Origin: Deltaproteobacteria bacterium
GTDB lineage: Bacteria > SAR324 > NAC60-12
Assembly (NCBI GenBank): GCA_038150265.1
Contig: JAYOTF010000001.1
Location: 32,665-96,664 of the forward strand
Length of the DNA: 64,000 nucleotides
Reading direction: 5' to 3'
The position numbers and the translations under genes are program-made. Positions 34,671 through 43,958 of the stretch are shown here, one piece after another. The notes under the pieces were generated by a model that was given only the letters and a program-made list of their open reading frames with translations, was not told the origin of the DNA and searched no databases. Positions within the stretch are counted from its first letter, which is position 1. The number at the start of each line of letters is the position of its first letter.

Positions 34671-34770
34671 CGCAAAAAAACATTTTCCTTTTTTGCTTGG
34701 TTTTGGATATAGCTAAGGGGAGTCTCCGAACACCAGCTTCACCCGAACTGAAGAAGCCCCTCAACTCCCC

Positions 34771-37700
34771 ATGGCTGACACCGGAAAAGCAGCACGTCCT
34801 CAATTAGACCTCCAGTTGGAGGCGCTCACCTCCCTGAACGCTCACGTTCCCTGCAATCCCCAAGGCAGCTCAGCCGCTTCCGCTCTCCGTGGCCTCCTTC
34901 AGGATCTGCAGAAGACCACGTTCACCGATGCCCTCAAGAAGTCTTACTCGGCAGAGCGCCTTGAGAAGATCCGGGACTACGCCCATCAGGAGTTTGCCGC
35001 GATGGGCCGCACAAACCGGCGGCGCATGGAAAGCCTCGTGGGCCTCGCCAGCGAGGACATGCACAAGACCATGTTCGAGGCGCTGTTCCTCTTTGATGTC
35101 AATGCCGAAGGCAACACCCTGAGCGTTGAGGAGAAGACCAAAGACTTCGACGAGTCCGGAAAGCCCATCTACCAGACTCACACCTACCCTGTCTTCTTCC
35201 CCAAGGCGCCTCATGGCATCTTCGGTGTGGAACGCTTCCTTCCGGAGAGCGTCCGGCACGAGGAGGAAGGGGGCATTCACCACTACCTCAAGGAAACCTA
35301 TCCGGACCTGGTGGGGCAGTTCCAGCAAGCCACCGACACGCCCATCAAGGCCCTGACCACCATCGGCAGCCTCGGCGGCATTGGGCACAAGCCCGACTCC
35401 GACATGGATGCCCAGATCATCCTCGACACCTACCCTGAGCATCCGCACTGCTGGAATGACGGCGACTTCTTTGTCGCTCTCATCATGCGGATCATCGACG
35501 ATTTCTACAAAACCTACTGGGAACGGGTCCTCAAACCCGAACGGCGCCACGAGCTGCACGAACAGGCCTGCAACATCCTCCTTGAGCAGTATGCCGACGG
35601 CCTGAGTCCGGAAGAGCAACGGGTCGTAGACCTGATCTTTGAGAGCAGCTTCCGGCAAGAAAGCCGCAAGCTCATGCAAGAGGAGCTCAAGCAGCTGTCT
35701 CCAGACGAGCAGGGCAAGCTGTTCCGGCAGCAACTCGCCATGACGCTCCGGGACTTCCCGGATGCCGAGTCCCTGTTGCCGCAGCTCCTGAAGTTCTTTT
35801 CGTTCCTGAAGCAACCCGCCGCTGAGTTGCAGGGCCAGCTCTTTCGCTTTTCGCTCAAGCAGTTGACTCCGGACAAGGTGACCCTCTGGCTCACCCAGTA
35901 CTACCGGGAGCAGTTTTTGGGAGTGGAGTCGGCCCGTCAGGTGCTGAGCCAGGCCGGTGTGGAAGAGGCCCCGGAACCCCAGCAACGCAAGGCCCTGGTG
36001 GAGCACATTCAGGGAAACCCGCTGGTTGGCGAACTCGCAGTGGCGTTCATGAACGAGATCGTCTCCCGGATCAGCCACGATGCCCGCTCCAAGGTTCCGG
36101 AGGTGGTGCAGATCCTCAAGAGCCAGTTTCCGGGCATTGCCGAGGCCATTGAAAAGGACTTTGTCCAGAAGCTCTGGGCCAAGCTGGATGAGAGCTTCCG
36201 GGAGCACATGGGCAACCTGATTGAGGCCTTCAACGACTGGGAGGCCAAACAGAAGGAGGTTGCGCTCGAGTACCCGATTCACCAAAAGGTGTACCAGGCT
36301 GAAGCCTACCTGACCCAGAAGTACCCCAGCACAGAAATTCACTTCTTCACCAACATCCTCCGCAAGCAACGGGCCGGGCAGCACACCCCCTTTCTGGTGT
36401 CCCCGGAAGGCAGCATGGCCTACTCGCTCATGCTCAACGACTTTCTGCTCAACCCGGCAACGGTCCTCTGTGGCACCATGCCCATGCCCTTTGACCTGCC
36501 CCGGGAGTTCAAGCTGTTTGCCTCCGTCGGCATGTTCCCGGGAGAGGAGTGGACGCTCAAGCAGTACCTCGACCCCAACGCTCCGCTTCCGGGAGAAGAG
36601 CCTGCTGCTCCGCAGGGGGAAGGCGAAGCCACTGAGGAAGCAGCAGCTCCGGAACCAGCGGATCCAGGCGAGTTTGAAGCCTTTGAGCTCCGGACCCTTC
36701 CGAACTGGGGAGAGACCGCCATTCCACGGGAAAAGTTTTTGGAGCACGCCCTGCCCATCTTCCTCCGGGAGAGCGAGAAGGTCAGCCACCGGAACCTGCC
36801 CAAGGCCTTGCTCAACTGCTGGTGGCTGGAAATGATCGTGGTCCTGGACGAAGAAGATCAGCCTCCGACCAGCCTCACGCGCCTGCTGTGGAATCCAGAC
36901 CGCCGGCACTTCGTGCAGGAAAACATTGAGGGGGAAATCACCGATGCCCTCCTCGACATGGAGAGGAAGTACCCTCAACTGGTCCTCGACCCCTGGTGGC
37001 TCAAGTTCACGGAAATGTTCGCTCGCTTTGAAAGCTATGAGCAGGATGAAGACCGTCCCGACTTTTCGCTGAGCACCCTGAGCATGATCCAGAAGCAGAT
37101 CCTCTTCTGCTTTGCGCAGCACCTCCGGCTTTCTGACATCATCAACTACGAGAATCAGGGAAAAGCCGTCTGGCTGGACGAAAACGCCAACTGGCGGGCG
37201 CACGCCATGGTGGACTACTACAACTACTTCTTCAGCAATCCCCGGGAGCGTCAGGAGCTGATCCGCTTCATGCAGGGCCGAGACGATGCCGGAAACCGGA
37301 TGGAAAAGTTGCTCAAGCAGCTCTTCCTGGAATCCATGCAGCGGGTCGAGAAGAAGCTCTGCTCCATTGGCAAATCCCATGCGCTGCAAACCATCACCAC
37401 CCAGCTTCAGCAGCTCTCCAGGGAAGAGGTCAACACGGAAAAGGCCTCCAAGTTCCTCAATCCGCTCCTTGCCCTCGTGAACCAGCGAGTCAGCATTGAG
37501 GACCGCAAGGTGCTGCTGAAGGTCAAGAACAAGCAGCCCCTCAACAAGCTGGAAAAGCTTCAGGCGACCCTCATTTACGAAGACCACCAGAAGATGAAGA
37601 ACGTCGTCATGAACATTGCCGACTACTTCAAGCAATTTGGGGTGCAGCTGGATGAAACCTGGGTCCGCAAGGCCATCATTGAGTCCCGGGTCCGCATCGC

Positions 37701-38613
37701 GGGTGACCCGCTGGAAAACGTCATCTTCAAGTACCACTTTGAGCGGAACTTTGAGCGCAAGCCCTTCCAGGTGCCGCTCCCCATCTCCAAAAGCCTCAGC
37801 ATTCCCCGGTCCCGCATCAAGCTGGACTACAGCAAGGACAGCGGCCGCTGGAGCTTCAGTTCCATGATGAGCCGCAAGGATTCCGGAGGAGGCAGCGATT
37901 CCACGCTGCCCATGTTCCACTCGCATCTGGCAGAAGGGATCGCCCGGTGTGTGCTGAGCGGGTACATCGGATTTGGAGGCCGGAGCCTGACGTCGTTTGA
38001 CAAGTCCGCCAGCATGTTCCGGAGCGAAACGGCCACCAACCCCATCACCGGGCAGGACCTGATGAACCTCAGTCAGGAGATCGCCAACTTCTTCGGCAAG
38101 ATGCACGTCAAGTCTCGGGAGTTGCTGGAAAATGTTCACTACATCCGGGATGTCTTCATCGCCTGTCACGTCAACCGCTTCAACACCCTCTCGCTCGTGG
38201 TCCGGGACAACCTGGCGGAGCAGTTTGTAATCAGCTTTGACATCCGGGACATCAAGATCCCCAAGGTGCCGGCGAACCTGAAGATGGGCTTTGACGAAGA
38301 GCTCCCCAAGTTCTTCATGCGCCTCAACCACCGCCAGTGCCGGATGCTGCTCCTGAAGCACCTCGCGGCCCTGCGGATCCCTCTGCTTGCCGAGCACCCC
38401 CCTCGCCTGCGAACCTGGGTCAACCCCGGGAAGTTCGACCTCCCAGTCGCGCCCAAGTTTGCCATGATCTACATCAACGGCATTGCCAACGCGCTGCTTC
38501 CGTCCACTAGCATTGGCACCCGAGAGTTCCTCATTCCCCCCCCGTTGGCCACAACGTTTGACGAAATGGGACGCGAGGCGATTCGCCTGCACACAGAAGG
38601 CTCCTCCTCATAA
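34771..38613 (+). CDS. Large class I adenylate cyclase-like nucleotidyltransferase (1280 aa)
   Basis: GSLGGIGHKPDSDMD (Pol-beta-type GS...DxD), EIHFF, GSMAYSLMLNDF, PKALL and LDPW, in the same order as the CyaA class I conserved blocks. Confidence 0.7.
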   Translation: MADTGKAARPQLDLQLEALTSLNAHVPCNPQGSSAASALRGLLQDLQKTTFTDALKKSYSAERLEKIRDYAHQEFAAMGRTNRRRMESLVGLASEDMHKTMFEALFLFDVNAEGNTLSVEEKTKDFDESGKPIYQTHTYPVFFPKAPHGIFGVERFLPESVRHEEEGGIHHYLKETYPDLVGQFQQATDTPIKALTTIGSLGGIGHKPDSDMDAQIILDTYPEHPHCWNDGDFFVALIMRIIDDFYKTYWERVLKPERRHELHEQACNILLEQYADGLSPEEQRVVDLIFESSFRQESRKLMQEELKQLSPDEQGKLFRQQLAMTLRDFPDAESLLPQLLKFFSFLKQPAAELQGQLFRFSLKQLTPDKVTLWLTQYYREQFLGVESARQVLSQAGVEEAPEPQQRKALVEHIQGNPLVGELAVAFMNEIVSRISHDARSKVPEVVQILKSQFPGIAEAIEKDFVQKLWAKLDESFREHMGNLIEAFNDWEAKQKEVALEYPIHQKVYQAEAYLTQKYPSTEIHFFTNILRKQRAGQHTPFLVSPEGSMAYSLMLNDFLLNPATVLCGTMPMPFDLPREFKLFASVGMFPGEEWTLKQYLDPNAPLPGEEPAAPQGEGEATEEAAAPEPADPGEFEAFELRTLPNWGETAIPREKFLEHALPIFLRESEKVSHRNLPKALLNCWWLEMIVVLDEEDQPPTSLTRLLWNPDRRHFVQENIEGEITDALLDMERKYPQLVLDPWWLKFTEMFARFESYEQDEDRPDFSLSTLSMIQKQILFCFAQHLRLSDIINYENQGKAVWLDENANWRAHAMVDYYNYFFSNPRERQELIRFMQGRDDAGNRMEKLLKQLFLESMQRVEKKLCSIGKSHALQTITTQLQQLSREEVNTEKASKFLNPLLALVNQRVSIEDRKVLLKVKNKQPLNKLEKLQATLIYEDHQKMKNVVMNIADYFKQFGVQLDETWVRKAIIESRVRIAGDPLENVIFKYHFERNFERKPFQVPLPISKSLSIPRSRIKLDYSKDSGRWSFSSMMSRKDSGGGSDSTLPMFHSHLAEGIARCVLSGYIGFGGRSLTSFDKSASMFRSETATNPITGQDLMNLSQEIANFFGKMHVKSRELLENVHYIRDVFIACHVNRFNTLSLVVRDNLAEQFVISFDIRDIKIPKVPANLKMGFDEELPKFFMRLNHRQCRMLLLKHLAALRIPLLAEHPPRLRTWVNPGKFDLPVAPKFAMIYINGIANALLPSTSIGTREFLIPPPLATTFDEMGREAIRLHTEGSSS

Positions 38614-38620
38614 AAAAGCG

Positions 38621-38649
38621 TTTTCAATCGAACGGTTTCAACGTATAGT
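38621..38649 (+). promoter_or_regulatory. Putative sigma70 promoter
   Basis: TTTTCA, 17 bp spacer, TATAGT, located 40 bp upstream of the ATG at 38690. Confidence 0.45.
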
Positions 38650-38689
38650 GTCTCAAAGCAAAAATTCGTGTTCTAGCTTTTGAGGATGC

Positions 38690-39916
38690 ATGGCTAAAGA
38701 ACTATCTGAAAATAAAGAAACTCCTAATATTAACTTCCTGGAATACCAACAGGAGCTTTTCGGAATCGTGGACGATATCAAGGCGATGACCAGTAAGTCC
38801 GCGTTCAAGAAAATGTTTGGAGGCAAGAAGGAAAACTCTCACGCGGACGGCAGCACGATCGCCTCTGCCGCAGAGGACAGCAAGGAGATCTCCAAACTCG
38901 CAGGTGACCTCCGCAAGGACCCGACCAACTCCATGGTTCGCGCCCAGTTGGTCAACGCCGTGGCCAACCACAAGAAGGATCACAAGCTGAGCACCATGCG
39001 GGAATTGATGCTCCAGGCCGCCATTCCGGTTTACCTTGGGGACATCTCGCCGCCGTTGCTGCAGGTCTGCATCTTCATGTACCGCGCTTACCTCGAGAAG
39101 CTCCAGAACGTTCACAAGCAGAGCATGATGTCCATCCGCTCGTCGGTCCTCAAGAACGTCAACATGTCTGGCGTGGATGTCAGTGACGAGCAGGACGATG
39201 CCAACGTTCGCAACACCGAAGCCATGATGATGGAGATCCGGGTGGCGGAAGCGCTGATGGAACGCTGCGAGGAAGCCCTGCAGGTTGTGAAAACCAAGCT
39301 GCAGGTGACCCTGTCTCGTCAGGAAATCGAAGATGTGACGGCTGAAGGCAAGGCCGCAGCGTCCTTCTTTGGTGGAGGCGGAGGCGATGACGACAAGGCG
39401 GCCACCCAGAAGCAGAACATGATCATCGGCAAGAGCGTGCAGGTGATCGAAGCCATCAAGCAGGTGCCGCTCCTGCAAGGAGCCGGACTGCAAATGGCCC
39501 AGCAGCTTGGACGCATTGACAACAAGCTGTCTTACCCGCTGGTCATGGAAGGACGCCTGCACATGCAGGTGCTGCGTTACTTCCTGCTCCGCCTGGAAAA
39601 TGGCGACCGCACCGCCCGGGACAACATGGCTCCGACCTACAACAAAGCCGTTGTTGCCTACCGGAAGGCCATGAAGCTGGTCTCCAAGTCGAATCCCAAA
39701 AAGGCCGACCTCCCGGTCCTCACCGAGTTTGCCAACGTCACCCACTACGGTTTTGTGCATCGAGATCTGATGCGCTTCACCAAAGACGGCGTCATGGCCC
39801 TGGTGAAGCTCGGAAAGGATGCCGTCGATGCTGCGGTGATGGTCGACGAAAGCTTTCAGCCGCTGCAGGGACGCCTCGAAAGCTCCCTGAATCAGCTCGA
39901 AAACTCACGTCGCTGA
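38690..39916 (+). CDS. Hypothetical all-alpha cytoplasmic protein (408 aa)
   Basis: Long ORF with strong codon bias and a GAGG RBS; no family motif recognised. Confidence 0.85.
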   Translation: MAKELSENKETPNINFLEYQQELFGIVDDIKAMTSKSAFKKMFGGKKENSHADGSTIASAAEDSKEISKLAGDLRKDPTNSMVRAQLVNAVANHKKDHKLSTMRELMLQAAIPVYLGDISPPLLQVCIFMYRAYLEKLQNVHKQSMMSIRSSVLKNVNMSGVDVSDEQDDANVRNTEAMMMEIRVAEALMERCEEALQVVKTKLQVTLSRQEIEDVTAEGKAAASFFGGGGGDDDKAATQKQNMIIGKSVQVIEAIKQVPLLQGAGLQMAQQLGRIDNKLSYPLVMEGRLHMQVLRYFLLRLENGDRTARDNMAPTYNKAVVAYRKAMKLVSKSNPKKADLPVLTEFANVTHYGFVHRDLMRFTKDGVMALVKLGKDAVDAAVMVDESFQPLQGRLESSLNQLENSRR

Positions 39917-40861
39917 TTGACCCCGTTTCTCCAGACGCTCCACACGCAGCTGCAACGCACCTGTGGGCGCCTCCGGAACTGTCAACTCCTCCTCTGCGTC
40001 AGCGGCGGCTCTGACTCCATTGCCCTGCTCCACGCGCTCAACCAGCTCCAACGCCTCTGGGGCTGGTCCTTTCACGTTCTTCACTTCCACCACCACCTGC
40101 GTCCAGAAGCCGACGACGAAGCAGCATTCGTGGCCGAACAAGCCGCAGCGCTCCGCCTCCCCTTCCATCTGTTTCACCACCATCACCTGCACGGAAGCGG
40201 ACTGCAAGCCAGGGCACGGACCTGGCGACGAGAAACCGCGCTGCAGCTCCGGGCGCAACTCGGAGGCGGCTGGATTGTCACCGCCCACCATGCGGACGAC
40301 CAAACGGAGACCCTCCTCCTCAAGCTCCTTCGCGGCACCCACCTCTCCAGCATCCGCGGGATGGCGTGGCTGGAAGATCCCTTTGCGCGTCCGCTCCTCG
40401 GGTGCTCCAAAGCCGCTCTGCAGCAGTTCCTCATGCAGCAGCAGCAGCGCTGGATGGAAGATGCCTCCAACAGCAAACCCGACTACCTCCGGAACCGAGT
40501 CCGCCACGAGTTGATTCCTCTGCTGGAAGCCCTCACCCGCCATGGCCTGCAGGAACGCCTCCGGACCCTCGAAGCCCAAAGCACGCTACTGCAAGAGTGG
40601 CTGGAGGCCGAAAGCCAGCCCCCTCCGGAAGGCCCTGAACTCGCTTGGACACCGCTTGCCGATCAGGCTCGGTTGCTTCAGGAGACGCACCTGTACCGCT
40701 TCTTCGAGCAGCACCTGCCACAGCCTCCGGATTATCGAATCATTGGGGAAATTCGGGAGCAACTGGAACGCCGGACGCCTTTCCGGCAGTCGCTCCCCAA
40801 GGGGTGGGAAGCCGCATGGGACGGAACCGTCCTTCGGCTTCAGGTGGTCAGTCGACCTTGA
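39917..40861 (+). CDS. tilS: tRNA(Ile)-lysidine synthetase (short form)
   Basis: SGGSDS PP-loop, HHHLR, TAHHADDQTET, RPLL and EDASN...RNRVRH. Confidence 0.92.
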   Translation: MTPFLQTLHTQLQRTCGRLRNCQLLLCVSGGSDSIALLHALNQLQRLWGWSFHVLHFHHHLRPEADDEAAFVAEQAAALRLPFHLFHHHHLHGSGLQARARTWRRETALQLRAQLGGGWIVTAHHADDQTETLLLKLLRGTHLSSIRGMAWLEDPFARPLLGCSKAALQQFLMQQQQRWMEDASNSKPDYLRNRVRHELIPLLEALTRHGLQERLRTLEAQSTLLQEWLEAESQPPPEGPELAWTPLADQARLLQETHLYRFFEQHLPQPPDYRIIGEIREQLERRTPFRQSLPKGWEAAWDGTVLRLQVVSRP

Positions 40862-41360
40862 CCAGTTCGACCTCAAACTCCAGGGTGGCATTCGGAGGAA
40901 TCGCATTCCCGGCTCCCTGGGAGCCATAGGCCAGCCGAGCAGGAATCATGACCCGCCACTTGTCACCCTCCTTCATCATCTGCAGCGCCTCGGTCCAACC
41001 AGGAATCAATCCATTGACCGGGAAACTCGCCGGCTTGCCCCGCTTGTAAGACGAATCAAACTCCGTTCCATCAACCAGCAGGCCCCGGTAGTGAACGGTC
41101 ACCCGGTCCGACATCGTTGGAGAGCGTCCGTCTCCGGACTTCAGGACCTCGTACTGGAGGCCACTCTCGGTGGTCACCACGCCTTCCTTCTTCTGGTTTT
41201 CCACCAGCATCTCTTCGTTCTTGGCAATGAACTGCTGCGCGGCTTCTTGATTGGCCATGCGTTTCTGAGGATCAAATTTGTCCCCAATCATGGCTCGGAA
41301 AAAAAAGGCTCCGACTCCAATCATGATGATGACGGCAACCAGGGTCTGACTTCGGTTCAT
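40848..41360 (-). CDS. FKBP-type peptidyl-prolyl isomerase (FkpA/FklB-like)
   Basis: TESGLQYEV, VHYRG.L.DGTEFDSS, IPGWTEAL, LAYG and IPPNATLEFEVEL; N-terminal anchor. Confidence 0.95.
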   Translation of the reverse strand: MNRSQTLVAVIIMIGVGAFFFRAMIGDKFDPQKRMANQEAAQQFIAKNEEMLVENQKKEGVVTTESGLQYEVLKSGDGRSPTMSDRVTVHYRGLLVDGTEFDSSYKRGKPASFPVNGLIPGWTEALQMMKEGDKWRVMIPARLAYGSQGAGNAIPPNATLEFEVELVKVD

Positions 41361-41366
41361 CGGTCC

Positions 41367-42194
41367 TCACGGATTTCGGGTAAATTTCGAGAAATCAGGG
41401 GCCCGTTTTTCAACATAGGCGTTTCGCCCTTCCTGCCCTTCTTCCGTCATGTAGAACAGCATGGTCGCATTCCCGGCCAGTTCCTGCAGGCCCGCCTGCC
41501 CATCGCAGTCCGCATTGAGAGACGCCTTCAGGCAGCGCAGCGCAATCGGAGAGAGGCGCAGCATCTCTCGGCACCAGTTGACCGTCTCTTCCTCAAGTTG
41601 CTCCAGCGGAACCACTGTATTCACCAGGCCCATCTCCAACGCCTGCTGAGCGTTGTACTGGCGGCAGAGGAACCAGATTTCGCGGGCCTTCTTCTGTCCG
41701 ACAATCCGCGCCAGGTAGCTGGAGCCGTATCCTCCATCAAACGAGCCGACCCGAGGCCCCGTCTGACCAAAGACCGCGTTTTCGGCCGCGATCGTCAGGT
41801 CGCACAGCACATGCAGCACGTGTCCGCCTCCAACTGCGTACCCAGCCACCATGGCCACCACCGGCTTGGGGCAGGTCCGGATCTGTCGCTGGAAGTCCAA
41901 AACGTTCAGGCGGTGGTGCCCGGTCTCGTCATCCTTGTACCCTGAGTCACCACGGATGCGCTGATCGCCTCCGGAACAGAACGCCTTGTCTCCTGCTCCT
42001 GTCAGAATGATGGCTCCCACCTGGGAATCCTCACGGGCGTCATTGAGGGCCTGGCTCATCTCCCGGACGGTCAGAGGCCGAAACGCGTTCCGAACCTCCG
42101 GACGGTTGATGGTGATCTTCGCCACCCCTTCATCTGACTTGTGGTAGAGAATATCGGTGTACTCTCCAGCCGAGTGCCAGTAGTTTTCTTGCAT
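41367..42194 (-). CDS. menB: 1,4-dihydroxy-2-naphthoyl-CoA synthase
   Basis: [27 protein letters not shown] and EEGQEGRNA. Confidence 0.97.
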   Translation of the reverse strand: MQENYWHSAGEYTDILYHKSDEGVAKITINRPEVRNAFRPLTVREMSQALNDAREDSQVGAIILTGAGDKAFCSGGDQRIRGDSGYKDDETGHHRLNVLDFQRQIRTCPKPVVAMVAGYAVGGGHVLHVLCDLTIAAENAVFGQTGPRVGSFDGGYGSSYLARIVGQKKAREIWFLCRQYNAQQALEMGLVNTVVPLEQLEEETVNWCREMLRLSPIALRCLKASLNADCDGQAGLQELAGNATMLFYMTEEGQEGRNAYVEKRAPDFSKFTRNP

Positions 42195-42206
42195 GAGTCT
42201 CTCTCT

Positions 42207-43958
42207 TCAGGATGAAACAGAAAAGGAAGTACGAAGCACCTGCTGCCACTGCTGCTGGGCCTGTACGTTGCCCTGACGGGATGTGATGATTTCCAGAATG
42301 GCTGAACGTCCGGAGCGAACCAGTTCCCGGTACGCCTCCAGGCATCCTGAAAGCGTGGTGGAGGCGTGGTACTCCAGCCCAAACAGCTCAGCCGCCTTTT
42401 CAAAACTCCACACGTGCGGGGTTCCGAAAAAGCGCTCAAAGACGTCGGCCTGCTGCGCAATCGGCAGAAAGGAAAAGATGCCGCCGCCACGATTGTTGCT
42501 GATGACCAGAATGAGGGGCTGGTCCGCCTCCTGACACAGCGCCAGGGAGTTCAGGTCGTGGAGGGCAGAAAGGTCCCCCAGCCACAGGGTGGTGGGCCGC
42601 TGCTTTCCACAGGCAAAGCCCAGCGCACTGGCCACGAGGCCATCGATTCCGCTGGCCCCTCGGTTCAGGGCCACCGGTACGGCGTTTCCCGCTCCAGAAC
42701 CGTAGAAATCGACCATCCGGACAGGGAGGCTGTTCCCGATGAAGAAGGCATGATCGTCCGGAATCTCCTCTGTCAGTGCGTGCGCCAGCTGCAGCTCGTT
42801 CGGCAGCTCCTGTTCTTTGGCAAGGTGCTGGGCCAATTGAGTGGCCACCTGCTCATCGGCCTCCTTCCATTGCTTCAGCCATGGCGAGTCTGTTGGCCCC
42901 TCCGGAAGGCGGCGCACCAGGCCATCGGCAAACAGCTCCAGGTCTCCGATCAGCCGCTCGGAAAACTGAAAGGAGGAATCAAGCCGTTCCGAATGGTCGG
43001 CCACCCACACCATCCGTTCCACCGGGTGCTCTTCCCAACGCGTCAGCCACCGTTTGGAGGTGGGGGGAAACCCGAGGTGCCAGACCTCTTGTGGCTGCCA
43101 CCGGCTTCCAGGAAGTCCTTCCAGCAGCAGCTGATCGTAGTGCGTGATGCGATTCGGAACCCCACGCCCAAGCCGTAATCCGGAGGTGACATCAGCAAAG
43201 ACAGGCCAGCCCAGACGCTCAGCCAACTGCTGCACTGCCGGCAGAGCCGCTTCTGGCATCCGCCCCAGGCTCAGCACCCCTTGCTCGGGAAGCTGCTCCA
43301 GCAGTTGCTCCAGGTCGGCCTCATCAGGCAGCAAACGCGCGGCTCCCATCCGCACCCAGGGCGCGCGGCTCTTCTCCCACCGCTCCGGAGCCGCATCCGC
43401 ATGCAGCATCAGGTCTTCCAGAGCCGAATGGAAGGGTTCCCGGAAGGGCAGGTTCAGGTGAACGGGTCCGGGAAGCGGGTGCTGGGTTCGGTGAATCGCC
43501 TGATCGAGTGCCGAAAGCAGGGCCTCTGTCTTGACGCTCGGGCCTGGGCATCCGGGGTCATGGAACCAGCGGACGTAGTTGCCAAACAGCTTGGACTGAT
43601 CAATCGTCTGATTGGCGCCCGAGTCTTTTAATTCAGGAGGACGGTCTGCAGAAAAGATGAGGAGTGGAAGCTGTTCAACAGAAGCTTCAATCACGGCTGG
43701 CAGGTAGTTGGCAACCGCAGTGCCCGAGGTACAGATCAGGACTGCAGGCTTTCCGGTCGCCCGTGCATACCCGAGGGCAAAGTATCCGGAGGCACGTTCG
43801 TCAACAAAGACTCGAGCCGTGACGCCATAGTTTCGAGCCACCGCTGTGGTGAGAGGGGTTGAGCGAGAGCCTGGGGAAACGCAGAAGGTGTCCACGCCGT
43901 TGCGACGGCACTCTTCGACAATCAGGCGACCCCACAAGGGGTTCCAGGCAGATTCCAT
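42207..43958 (-). CDS. menD: SEPHCHC synthase
   Basis: SPGSRSTPL, DERAS, CTSGTAVAN, GANQTIDQ, NRGASGIDG and GDLSALHD; TGATG overlap with menF. Confidence 0.96.
   Translation of the reverse strand: MESAWNPLWGRLIVEECRRNGVDTFCVSPGSRSTPLTTAVARNYGVTARVFVDERASGYFALGYARATGKPAVLICTSGTAVANYLPAVIEASVEQLPLLIFSADRPPELKDSGANQTIDQSKLFGNYVRWFHDPGCPGPSVKTEALLSALDQAIHRTQHPLPGPVHLNLPFREPFHSALEDLMLHADAAPERWEKSRAPWVRMGAARLLPDEADLEQLLEQLPEQGVLSLGRMPEAALPAVQQLAERLGWPVFADVTSGLRLGRGVPNRITHYDQLLLEGLPGSRWQPQEVWHLGFPPTSKRWLTRWEEHPVERMVWVADHSERLDSSFQFSERLIGDLELFADGLVRRLPEGPTDSPWLKQWKEADEQVATQLAQHLAKEQELPNELQLAHALTEEIPDDHAFFIGNSLPVRMVDFYGSGAGNAVPVALNRGASGIDGLVASALGFACGKQRPTTLWLGDLSALHDLNSLALCQEADQPLILVISNNRGGGIFSFLPIAQQADVFERFFGTPHVWSFEKAAELFGLEYHASTTLSGCLEAYRELVRSGRSAILEIITSRQGNVQAQQQWQQVLRTSFSVSS

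Noticed and set aside
34870..38592. 1240-aa antisense ORF over the cyclase-like gene
   Set aside because: Same shadow effect; its composition mirrors the sense codon usage and it has no recognisable domain.
39917..40861. Short tilS as a pseudogene
   Set aside because: The catalytic motifs are intact with no frameshift, and TilS proteins lacking the distal C-terminal domain are known.
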